From assembly GCA_020137815.1 (NCBI GenBank), contig CM035352.1, positions 6,076,001-6,140,000 on the forward strand: 64,000 nucleotides of DNA. The letters run 5' to 3'. This document shows, piece by piece, positions 25,350 to 40,067 of the stretch (its first letter is position 1; each line of letters opens with the position of its first letter). The notes under the pieces are model-generated. The model was not told where the DNA came from. It searched no databases and saw only the letters and a program-made list of their open reading frames with translations. The DNA is from Hormiphora californensis. Lineage: Eukaryota; Animalia; Ctenophora. The translations under genes and the position numbers were made by a program.

Positions 25350-25695
25350 AGTAGTTGGAATTGTAGGAAACGAGCACAGGCAATGACGTCACAGGTGATG
25401 ACGTCACTGTTGTGACGTCATCCCCTGTAACGCCCCTACTACACTTCGAATAATTACATAATTATGTTTAATTATGCATAATTATGTAATTATCCAATTT
25501 ATGCAAAATTCGCATATTTTCCCCCCTCCTCAGGTGTACCATACTAACACCGTGCTAGCACCGTACTAGCAATATGCAATGTAATGTATGTACCCTACTA
25601 GTACCCTACTGTACCCTACTAGTATCCAACAGTACCCAACTGTACCCTACTAGTATCATACAGTACCCTACTAGTACCCTACTAGTACCCTACAA
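25350..25695 (+). repeat. Polinton left TIR with subterminal GTACCCTACTA-type tandem repeats
   Basis: Near-identical reverse complement of 41781-41923 plus about 41040-41316. Confidence 0.93.
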
Positions 25696-25772
25696 TACCA
25701 CATAAGGAAATAAAAAAAAACACTTGATTTTTTTAATTTGTATAAACCAATATTTAAATATTATATTATACA

Positions 25773-26350
25773 TTAAACTAATATAATGGAATTATGACGA
25801 CTGTCTTTATTTTGCCATCCCATAACTGACACCGGTTTTCCAGTTTTAACAGCTTTATCACAAAAGAATGCCATTGTCTCCGTCTCATTTCGAATGGTAA
25901 TTCTAAACTTGTCGAACCGTGGGAGGACTCTGATAACATCCCACTCGCCTGAAAATATTAAATAAGTTGAAAAAAATCATTTCTTTGTAAATATTCCAAG
26001 TAAATTTCCTACAAACCTAGTTTGAAAGTGTATGACCTACCATCTATTCGCTTGAAGGGTGTCGGTGAGGGACACACACAACATTCATCCTCTGCAATAA
26101 ATCGCCCACAGTTTTTGCAGCTGGAGAAGTCAGCTTTAGCAAGATTCCGAATCGCCCAAAAAGTGTTCGTAAATTCCACGTAATCGAAACTAACTCGATC
26201 TCCAACTTGGGGCACATAACTTGCCTCTGGAAAAACTCGAAATTTGAAAACTTTTAACCAGAATCCTATCTCCGAGTAGCCAGTAACCAACCATCCACCA
26301 TATCTATCACCCACGGGTTGAGGAGAGATGCTTTTGACGACCGCAAACAT
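25773..26350 (-). CDS. Polinton two-exon gene, 161 aa, beta-rich with a central Cys cluster (exons 26350-26041 and 25948-25773)
   Basis: GTAGGT donor at 26040 and TTTTCAG acceptor ending at 25949 (92-nt phase-1 intron). The join reads ...CKNCGRFIAEDECCVC..FKRIDG|EWDVIRVLPRFDKFRITIRN...VSVMGWQ..LV*. Confidence 0.7.
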
Positions 26351-26661
26351 AACGACAAGATTGGAAATGAATTGAAATTGTGCGTTGGCTATGATATACT
26401 TGAACACGATGCTCGTTCACGCTAAATTTTAAACACCTTCATTTCCGATTGACGTCTTTTTTTCACATCTAAGGTGTTGTTTGATCCATATCGTTTTCTA
26501 TTGTTTTCTATTGTTATCTATTGTAATCTATTGTCTTCTATTGTTAAAACATAGAAAATAGATACGCTGATCCAGGATGCTGAAAGCACACCTGTTGACT
26601 TATCTGCACCGCTATTTAGATCAACTCAAAATCAAATTTTCGTTACAATTTGCAATTCCCA

Positions 26662-32426
<5,765 letters not shown>

Positions 32427-32453
32427 TAAGCATTTTTTATGTTTCGAATAATT

Positions 32454-32891
32454 TTATATTTCATTTACAATATCAGTCTTATTCATTGTTAAATCAATAT
32501 CATCCAGTACACGGCTCAAAATGTCCTTCTTTACACGTCTCCGTTTGGCTGGCTTAGTCTTTGGCATGCTTTTGTCATGATGTGCTAAATAATAACTCCC
32601 AAAATAAATTGAGGAAGGAGTAGCAGATGCTAGAAAACTTGATATGTATGTCATCTTTCCCTCTTTTCCATCTTCCCCCTTCAGCAGAATTCCAGGGTTT
32701 GACATTATCTCATCACGTGCTCCTACGAAATACATGTTAAACTTGTCAAGTAGTGACTGCTGTTCACATTGGTGGAGTAAGGGGCAGGTGAAGTGGTGAC
32801 CGGGACAATCCTTTCGGGCAGCTTCAATTATCTTGCTTGTCAACAAAGAAACTGTTCGTGCTAGAATTATTTCCAGTTGGGCGCTTGTCAT
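32454..32891 (-). CDS. Polinton hypothetical protein (145 aa)
   Basis: ATG-initiated ORF with a CxGxxxxCPxxxQC cluster and a basic NLS-like KPAKRRRVKK. Confidence 0.65.
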   Translation of the reverse strand: MTSAQLEIILARTVSLLTSKIIEAARKDCPGHHFTCPLLHQCEQQSLLDKFNMYFVGARDEIMSNPGILLKGEDGKEGKMTYISSFLASATPSSIYFGSYYLAHHDKSMPKTKPAKRRRVKKDILSRVLDDIDLTMNKTDIVNEI

Positions 32892-32978
32892 GGTTACTGG
32901 CTAGAAATATGATAAATTAGTTATTGACGGAGGGGGGGGGGTTGGAGGGCGTGGGAATAAACACTACAATATAACAGT

Positions 32979-33425
32979 TTAATGAGATTTCAAATATTCT
33001 ATCATCAATTTCAGCTTTTCTTGGCTGCAATATCGAGCCCTGTGAGGGTAAGAGCATGCTGACCATCCAATAAGTTGTTTTGCCTCCACACGTCCAGCCA
33101 GATCAACAATCCTTTGTGTTGGTAGAATAGCAGAGAGGTAATCGTAGGCAATATGTCCATAAGTGTAAACAACTTCTTGCTCGCTCGCCTTTATCAGTCT
33201 GATGAGATCCAATTCGGTGATAGAATCAGCTCCAAAGTCTCGCGGGTTAACAACTCCTAGCTTTGAAACACTAAAGCGACGTTGTTCTGTAGGAAGATAC
33301 GGTTGATGAATTTAGTGTGTAAAGACATCAAGTAATGCTGCACCGTTTGCTGTTACAGCTGCGGCTTCTAACGGGTAGAAGGTACCATTGAACACACCGT
33401 CTAGACAAATAACAGTGAAACGCAT
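32979..33425 (-). pseudogene. Polinton small DnaQ/DEDD-fold-like protein with an in-frame TAA at 33312-33314
   Basis: MRFTVICLDGVFNGTFYPLEAAAV...FTH*IHQPY...VVYTYG...CSYPHRARYCSQ is a single 149-codon frame with one internal stop. Family resemblance judged by eye only. Confidence 0.55.
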
Positions 33426-33501
33426 AGTTTAAAGGTAAACGAGAAATGAAGACTATAACTAACAAACATGACTCACACAAATAAATCACGTGACTAAATG
33501 C

Positions 33502-34536
33502 TTAATGCTGATTAGTTGTATTTAAAAAGTTTATTGTGTCAGATATCACGTTAAAAATGTGTGAAAAAACTTCTCTGTTCTCGTTAATAGTGGATTTAAC
33601 TCTCTCCAAGGATACATTCTCCAACCTACTAATTAAATCTCGATCAGCGTCAGTTAACAAATTCCTTTGTGCAACTACAATTGGTATGACACCATATCGC
33701 ATACCAATAAACAGCTTTTGCAAGGATACAAGCAATCTTTTCGAGCGCAAAACAAGGTCAAATTTATTCTGTCTAATTAACTCCTTGATTTTGAGAAAGT
33801 CCTTAATGCTGGCACTGTTAATGATAGCACTGGAAAACTTGTTAAATGTAGGATCGTTAAACTTGGTTTCAAATTCTTCTCTCTGTTTTTGTAATAATTC
33901 AACTGTCTCTTGGTATCGGGATAGGTTTTCTTTACACTCTTTGAGCTTGTTTGTATATCGACGTTCAAACACACGAGCATTCTTTTCGCTACGAGTTAGT
34001 TTAGTGGTGAGTTGGCGGATCCGTGCCTTATAATAACGCAATCGGCTATTAGTGTAATGGGGAGGAGTTCCTCTTCGTCTGTTGGACGGTTCTGGAGATC
34101 CAGCCAAATTTCTTTTCCTGTGTCGTGGGTAAGGTACATCTGGCGAAGAAATTTCTTCACTATTTGACTCGTCAACTTCTACACTGCGCTGTCTAGAGGG
34201 TGGGGTAAGTGATCTGCTCCTCCTCCTACCACGTGGTGGAGGTGAGTCATCAGAGTCATCTGGCAAAGGAACATCATCCCCACCTACTCTACGTCTGTTA
34301 GCCGGACCTGGTGGTTCAGACGTTCTTCTTTTTCTACCTCTTTTAGACGGGTCTCTCCAAGAGCTGGGCCGTTTATCAATACGTTCATCTCCCCAATTTT
34401 CCTCTCGCTTTCTTTTGGGCGGAAATTCATTTTGTACTGGTTGAATTGCTACAACAGGTGTGTGATGTTGTGCTCTGTGTTGAAACAGCTCAACAGTGGT
34501 TTCGAACTCCTGTTCACACTCGTTGCAAGTTGGCAT
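33502..34536 (-). CDS. Polinton protein with an N-terminal C2H2 zinc finger, Arg/Pro/Ser-rich region and coiled coil
   Basis: 344-aa ORF starting MPTCNECEQEFETTVELFQHRAQHH. Divergent from the integrase. Confidence 0.8.
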   Translation of the reverse strand: MPTCNECEQEFETTVELFQHRAQHHTPVVAIQPVQNEFPPKRKREENWGDERIDKRPSSWRDPSKRGRKRRTSEPPGPANRRRVGGDDVPLPDDSDDSPPPRGRRRSRSLTPPSRQRSVEVDESNSEEISSPDVPYPRHRKRNLAGSPEPSNRRRGTPPHYTNSRLRYYKARIRQLTTKLTRSEKNARVFERRYTNKLKECKENLSRYQETVELLQKQREEFETKFNDPTFNKFSSAIINSASIKDFLKIKELIRQNKFDLVLRSKRLLVSLQKLFIGMRYGVIPIVVAQRNLLTDADRDLISRLENVSLERVKSTINENREVFSHIFNVISDTINFLNTTNQH

Positions 34537-34587
34537 GGCTATAAATAAGCTTGGAAATTATAATTTCTCTATTTATACCATAATACC

Positions 34588-35646
34588 ATGGTGATAGCGG
34601 AATTGTACACTGATCCCAACCTCTATGGTGCGTTTGCAGGACGAGAAACGTTTTATAGAGCTCTTAAAGAACGTAATCCTGCTATTACACGTGGTAAAGT
34701 TAATAAGGCTCTTCGTGCATCCGATGTTTACACACTACATAAGCCAGTGCAAAAACCACGCAAATACCGGCGAGTGTATACAAAAGGGATTAATTACCTG
34801 TTTCAGATCGATTTATGCGACATGTCTAAGCATGTTAAGGATAACAACGGCTACAAATGGGTCATTACATGCATCGATACCTTCTCAAAAAAGTTGTGGG
34901 CGTTTAAAATAAAGGATAAAACAGGTGCAAGTGTATTGAAAGCATTGAAACCGTTAATTGAAAAGGAGAGACCTGTTAAAATTGAGACTGACGGAGGTGG
35001 AGAGTTTAAAAATAAAGGTTTTCAAGCGCTACTCGCCAAGCATAAAATAACCACTTATACAATTAACTCACCCCGGAAATGCTCCATTGTTGAGAGGGTG
35101 AACCGATCGCTTAAACAGAGAATGTATAAAGCTTTCACCTCTCGAGGTTCACACCGTTGGATTGACATTCTGGATAAGTTGGTTCTGGCATACAACCGAT
35201 CATTTCATCGAGCTATAAAAATGTCACCGCTCGAGGTTACAAAAAATAATGAGGCTGCTGTGCGTGCAACATTGTTTCCTAAACTAACCCCTCCCCTACC
35301 ACCCAAACTAAAAGTAGGTGATACTGTGCGTGTAACTGCTAAAAAATCTACTTTCCAGAAGGGATACGAACAGGGTTGGAGCCACGAGATTTTCACAGTC
35401 TCAAGTATAAAAGCTACTACACCTGTAACCTTCTCAATCAAAAACATCGGTGGTCAAGTTATTCCAAGATCATTCTATTCATCTGAAATACAGCTGGTGG
35501 ACAAGTCTAACAACATTTGGCGTGTTGACAGAGTGATAAAGAAGAGGAAATACCGTAACAAGGTACAATATCTGGTGAAGTGGAAAGGGTATCAAGATAT
35601 ATTCAATTCGTGGGTCGACCACAAGGATCTTTTTTCACTTGGATAA
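34588..35646 (+). CDS. int: Retroviral-like (rve) integrase with a C-terminal chromodomain
   Basis: YTLHKP, FQIDLCDM, IDTFSK, ETDGGGEF, SIVERVNRSLK (D,D,E intact), YNRSFHRAIKMSP, KGYEQGWS, YLVKWKGY...NSWV. Confidence 0.96.
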   Translation: MVIAELYTDPNLYGAFAGRETFYRALKERNPAITRGKVNKALRASDVYTLHKPVQKPRKYRRVYTKGINYLFQIDLCDMSKHVKDNNGYKWVITCIDTFSKKLWAFKIKDKTGASVLKALKPLIEKERPVKIETDGGGEFKNKGFQALLAKHKITTYTINSPRKCSIVERVNRSLKQRMYKAFTSRGSHRWIDILDKLVLAYNRSFHRAIKMSPLEVTKNNEAAVRATLFPKLTPPLPPKLKVGDTVRVTAKKSTFQKGYEQGWSHEIFTVSSIKATTPVTFSIKNIGGQVIPRSFYSSEIQLVDKSNNIWRVDRVIKKRKYRNKVQYLVKWKGYQDIFNSWVDHKDLFSLG

Positions 35647-35647
35647 T

Positions 35648-36247
35648 ATGCCTATTAAATTCCTAGCTAATCACAACACTATAGTGTTTGGACAAACAGG
35701 AGCTGGCAAGACACAATTCATTTTACGAGTCATTAAGGAACGATTAATTGAGCCTTTTCCTAAAAATATATTCTATATGTACGGTGTGCATCAAAGCTTT
35801 ATGATGCAATATCCAAACATTAAGTTTATACATGGCCTTAACTTCGAGGAAATGGATACTTCGGAGCCTAGTGTGCTAATTATTGATGATTTGATACTGG
35901 ATACGAACAAGGAAGTAGCTTCCGCTTTCATCATGGGTAGTCATCATCGGCAGATAAGCTTATTTTTTATCACCCAAAACCTCTTTCCAAATTGTGACAC
36001 CTTCCGTCTCATGAGTGCAAATGCTCACTACTATGTTCTGTTCCACAACCAGAGAAACTTTAGACAGGTGCATACACTAGCCCGACAAATATTTGTAGGT
36101 CGGGATGTTCATCGCATAACAGCAGCATATAAGAGGGCTTCTGATAAACCACGGGGCTTCATTCTCCTTAGCTTCTCACCGCTGCTACCTAAAGAGCTAA
36201 CTGTCATCACGGACTATTGGGAACCATGGATCTCCGTCTATCTCTAA
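35648..36247 (+). CDS. A32/FtsK-like genome packaging ATPase
   Basis: Walker A GQTGAGKT, Walker B LIIDD, GSHHRQISLFFITQNLF. ATG at 35648. Confidence 0.92.
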   Translation: MPIKFLANHNTIVFGQTGAGKTQFILRVIKERLIEPFPKNIFYMYGVHQSFMMQYPNIKFIHGLNFEEMDTSEPSVLIIDDLILDTNKEVASAFIMGSHHRQISLFFITQNLFPNCDTFRLMSANAHYYVLFHNQRNFRQVHTLARQIFVGRDVHRITAAYKRASDKPRGFILLSFSPLLPKELTVITDYWEPWISVYL

Positions 36248-36522
36248 AACAACATCGGTATATTTTACAAACTCTAGTCAAGAAATCTCCTAAAATGCGT
36301 ACAGTTATGATACAAAATGCGCCTACACAGCTAGTATCTTTCTTCAAAGCTCTCTCCAAACATGCTTCAAGGGAGCACAAATACAAGAGATTTCTATCGC
36401 TTTTCAAAAAGTTGAAAGGAGCTCCTTCATCCCGTATAAAAGCTTTAATGACTACTAGTAAGGGCATTTCGTTTCTTAAATCAGTGCTACGCAATGAGTC
36501 GCTATTTGCTCCTTCCAGCTGA
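36217..36522 (+). CDS. Small basic Polinton protein downstream of the ATPase
   Basis: 101-aa Lys/Arg-rich ORF overlapping both neighbours, in the usual post-ATPase position. Confidence 0.65.
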   Translation: MGTMDLRLSLKQHRYILQTLVKKSPKMRTVMIQNAPTQLVSFFKALSKHASREHKYKRFLSLFKKLKGAPSSRIKALMTTSKGISFLKSVLRNESLFAPSS

Positions 36523-36784
36523 TAAAGGAGATGCTAGAGAACTAAAACTACCCGCCAACCTTGTTGTAGCTCCAACAAATAATAATGTGAACTTGTTACG
36601 CTCTCTGCTTGCATCATTTGAAAAGGCAGGAATTAGCAAGAATGAGTCGGGAAACCTGTGTTACAATGATACTGAAACGAGCGTGGACTATGACAAGTTT
36701 GTAAGTGATTGTACAAACTTATGTTTTCATAGCGAACTGAATGATGTTTATGATATTTTGCGTGTCAATGGTTTTATGTTTTAA
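36494..36784 (+). CDS. Polinton hypothetical protein (96 aa)
   Basis: ATG ORF tightly packed after the previous ORF. Confidence 0.6.
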   Translation: MSRYLLLPADKGDARELKLPANLVVAPTNNNVNLLRSLLASFEKAGISKNESGNLCYNDTETSVDYDKFVSDCTNLCFHSELNDVYDILRVNGFMF

Positions 36785-36800
36785 AACTAAAAGTCGTGTT

Positions 36801-37253
36801 TTATTGAATTGATTGAACTAAATTACGAACAATATAATCATTACGGTAAATATTAGTATAGATAGATAAAAAGTCTCTCACACTCATACCACTTAACATT
36901 GCATATACAAAATGGCAGCAAAAATATCCACAGCTCGTAGTACCAGGTAGTTGAACTCCTCTTCTCACATGTTTGCAAGACTAATTGTAACGCTTTGCTA
37001 GAACGTAAAAATTTATCGGTAGTGTGTGGTGGCTAGGAGATCTTCCAAAAGAATCGAAAAACACTGCGTGTCCATTGTTAATAAACCAAGCACACCAGTG
37101 TTCGCCAGGTTTGTCATGGGTATCGGTATTTAGGATAAATGCATATTTTTTTCTTCGGGAGCGGATTGGAGTGCAAGCAGGGAAAGTTCCAATGTAGGAG
37201 TTACGAGTGTATGGGTTCTGGAAAAGGAAACCATTTAGATCCGAAGTGTTCAT
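36801..37253 (-). pseudogene. Adenain-like maturation cysteine protease with an in-frame TAG at 36981-36983
   Basis: NTDTHDKPGEHW...FFDSFG lies before the stop. The same frame continues SCKHVRRGVQLPGTTSCGYFCCHF...RND to a TAA at 36801. Confidence 0.9.
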
Positions 37254-38548
37254 TCTACAATATTCACTGTTCTGTCTCCATTAATAGTTATCAACCTATC
37301 ATACAAGGCGTATACAATAAGCACGAGATCTTCGGTTGCATTAGAACCAAGATCAATTTCCAAACGTGTACTGGCATCATATTGAGGGCTTATATAGCTG
37401 TGAGGTACAGTTCCTTCTCGATCAGGGGAGAGACTTAGTCCAACAATGAAATTTTGCTCAAAATTCTCACTGTTTACTAGACAACGTCCATGTAGGTCCA
37501 TACCGAGACTTTTGTACAATTGATGCAAGTATGGTGCATAATCGTTATCATCGCCTGGTTCTAGAGCATCGACAAAATAGGGCTTACCGTCACAGTAGAA
37601 CTGGAACTTTGTGAAGGGTATGAATGCAAAGGGATTGCTATTATGTGCTCCTTCAAAACTAGCGACAGACTGTACACAAAAGAATGCATGATGCGGTAGT
37701 TTTCCGGGGAAAATGTGATTTAAACGCAATACCTGACTGGCTTCAGGAATTGGTCTAATAATAAGTTCTGGTTTGCAAATGTGATAGGGAGCAGGTTCTT
37801 TTAACAAGCGTGACTCAATAAGTGAGAGAAAGGGCGAGGCTGGCCTGATAAACTTTGCTCTCAAGTGCACGCTGTTAAGATGGATCCTATACCCTTGCTG
37901 CTTTGACATAAGAAGAAAACCATCATTGTTTTTGCTTAGCGTAATCCTTAGTGGTAATCCAGTGGGAAGTGCTTTAGAACTATTTAATAAGGGACAGTGT
38001 AGCTTTCCAACAGTAGTAATCTGCTTGGATTTGCTAATCTTTTTTGCTCGTTCTTCTGCACCCTTATTCTTTATATTACTTCCGCTAAATATCATAGAAT
38101 CATCACGTGTTTTGCCAGAGTCCATGACAAACATTTGAGTAGCTTTGAGGAAGTCATCGCGGTTAGGATCTGTGCTGAGAATACTGTTGAAGTAAGACTG
38201 ATAGGCATAACTATTTCTCATACTTTGTGTCATGTCAACACGATCAGCAAGAACGATATCCACCAGCTCCCATAATGCATTTGAAAAATTATTGATAATC
38301 GAGACATTATCTACATCTGTTAACTCTGCATCTCCCTTCATTACTTTGAATTTTGTTTCAATGTCAATTTCCCACAACATTCCGGTTTGTTGAGGAGGGA
38401 TATTAAACGTGATGGGGCCATTCAGTATGGAATTTGTCGGGTAAACTTTAACCAAATAGTTTTCTTCTATCGACACTCGCGTGCTAGGACGTTTCCAGAG
38501 CATGAGTTCGGAAGAAATCGCTTGTCCAAGTCCGGAAAATGTTTTCAT
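37250..38548 (-). CDS. Major capsid protein (double jelly roll)
   Basis: 432 aa. N-terminal SELMLWKRPSTRVSIE..YP...GPITFNIP and internal NNFSNALW, YAYQSY and NPFAF match Polinton MCP patterns. Lies next to the protease. Confidence 0.88.
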   Translation of the reverse strand: MKTFSGLGQAISSELMLWKRPSTRVSIEENYLVKVYPTNSILNGPITFNIPPQQTGMLWEIDIETKFKVMKGDAELTDVDNVSIINNFSNALWELVDIVLADRVDMTQSMRNSYAYQSYFNSILSTDPNRDDFLKATQMFVMDSGKTRDDSMIFSGSNIKNKGAEERAKKISKSKQITTVGKLHCPLLNSSKALPTGLPLRITLSKNNDGFLLMSKQQGYRIHLNSVHLRAKFIRPASPFLSLIESRLLKEPAPYHICKPELIIRPIPEASQVLRLNHIFPGKLPHHAFFCVQSVASFEGAHNSNPFAFIPFTKFQFYCDGKPYFVDALEPGDDNDYAPYLHQLYKSLGMDLHGRCLVNSENFEQNFIVGLSLSPDREGTVPHSYISPQYDASTRLEIDLGSNATEDLVLIVYALYDRLITINGDRTVNIVE

Positions 38549-38868
38549 AGTTTTGCTCTGCGTGGAAGTGAACTTTGTTTCCGACGTTTTCTTGGTTTAG
38601 GTTGTACGTAGGAGTTGATTAAGTTTTCTGCTCCAGCTGCGGCTGCTCGTTTTAGTCCTGTCTGTAAATGAGGAACTGCAGCTTTACCCATGCCCTTTAT
38701 AGCCGATCCAAGTATAGGTAGTGCACCGCGGAATAATGACGCAAGAAAGCTACCAATTCCTTCTCCGTTTTGTGTGTAAACATAATAACCATCTGAATCA
38801 AAACCAGATCCATGCTGGTTAATAATGCGAGAATATGCTGCAAGATTCTTGTAGTTTACTGATTCCAT
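38545..38868 (-). CDS. Small core / membrane-active virion protein
   Basis: QHGSG and QNGEGIG motifs, amphipathic helix SFLASLFRGALPILGSAIK and a basic tail, as seen in Polinton small virion proteins. Confidence 0.75.
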   Translation of the reverse strand: MESVNYKNLAAYSRIINQHGSGFDSDGYYVYTQNGEGIGSFLASLFRGALPILGSAIKGMGKAAVPHLQTGLKRAAAAGAENLINSYVQPKPRKRRKQSSLPRRAKL

Positions 38869-38907
38869 TACAATTGTGAAATGAGTTGGGTTTAAAGTTG
38901 TTTAGAT

Positions 38908-39669
38908 CTATTTATAGTGTAGAGGACGCATTTCCAAAGTAACAACTGTGTCAAAGCTGTTGGAGAATGGTACAAATTTCCCATTGAAGTCCAAAATCGA
39001 CAGAGAGATATCGCTAAACTCTCGAATTTCTACAGGAACATAAGTTGGGTTCCTAAACTCAAAAAATGCATACCCAGGTTGATAGTCGAAGGGACACATG
39101 CATAATATTCTTGATTTTTTGCCGTTGATGAAACTGTTTTCAACAATGTTGAGGTACAGACAGCCCATAATTTGGCGGTTAACGATCTTACCATCGGTAT
39201 TTTGAACCATCCAAACTCCTTCCTCTTCCTCAGCGCCAAGAAACGTCAAGAGTGAGGATGGGACAATAGTAGCATAGTCAGGAGCTATAATTCTTGTCAC
39301 TTTATTGTTAGTTTCAAGTTTTAAACGTCCACTAAACTCTCTCTTTGTGAAATAGGAATTTACAGCCTCCAATAAAGCTTTCAACACGTCTGATCGAGTA
39401 TCATAATGAGCAGCAGAAACAGTGATTGTATGAGTTCCACCAAATAATACACCGTCATACTTTCCCTCTTTTTTTGCCTTAATCATAGCAGTAACATCAA
39501 AATATATCTTTATGACATTGTTCTTTGCATTTACATTCTGCAATTCTCCATATGCAATCGACTTGACAGCTATACCCATTTTTTCTCCTAATTTTACGGG
39601 ATCCAATGACATGGAAAGTTTGGCGGGATTTGCATGAAGCCCACCAGCAATAACAAAGTTACGAAACAT
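38908..39669 (-). CDS. Minor capsid (penton) protein
   Basis: C-terminal LYLNIVENSFING..RIL...FRNPTYVPV...FSDISLSILDFNG..VPF is the Polinton penton pattern. ATG at 39669. Confidence 0.85.
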   Translation of the reverse strand: MFRNFVIAGGLHANPAKLSMSLDPVKLGEKMGIAVKSIAYGELQNVNAKNNVIKIYFDVTAMIKAKKEGKYDGVLFGGTHTITVSAAHYDTRSDVLKALLEAVNSYFTKREFSGRLKLETNNKVTRIIAPDYATIVPSSLLTFLGAEEEEGVWMVQNTDGKIVNRQIMGCLYLNIVENSFINGKKSRILCMCPFDYQPGYAFFEFRNPTYVPVEIREFSDISLSILDFNGKFVPFSNSFDTVVTLEMRPLHYK

Positions 39670-39728
39670 GATTATGATTGAAATATGTGCTTTTTCTTTT
39701 ATATACGACCCGACAATCACGATTTTTT

Positions 39729-40064
39729 TTAGTAATTGAATAAAGGAAAGAAAATAATGAACATAACAAGAACTTTCATGTACAGTCGCTCATGTTCTTT
39801 GTAAAAGTTGACAAGTCTAAAAGTAATGAGATATAATTCTGCTAGAGTCCTACAACTAGAAAAATATTGAATACAGTCGCTTCTCACTCCAGAAAGAGTA
39901 TCTCTTTTAATGAGACAGTGGTTATTCTGCGAAGATTGCATATGGATGAGCGTTTCGTTCTTTAGCCGTATAAACTCGTGCTCGAATGTACGATCGATAT
40001 CACAATCTTTAATTCTGGCAACTTTTAAGGTCCTTGCTGCGATATAGTATGGTAGAGCATCCAT
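39729..40064 (-). CDS. Polinton hypothetical protein (111 aa) with a hydrophobic C-terminus
   Basis: ATG ORF starting 3 nt after the glycoprotein stop. Confidence 0.55.
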   Translation of the reverse strand: MDALPYYIAARTLKVARIKDCDIDRTFEHEFIRLKNETLIHMQSSQNNHCLIKRDTLSGVRSDCIQYFSSCRTLAELYLITFRLVNFYKEHERLYMKVLVMFIIFFPLFNY

Positions 40065-40067
40065 GTA

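Noticed and set aside
36981-36983. Alternative genetic code explaining the in-frame stops in the Polinton
   Set aside because: Only two isolated stops (one TAG, one TAA). TAA and TAG terminate other genes normally, and the long ORFs contain none internally.
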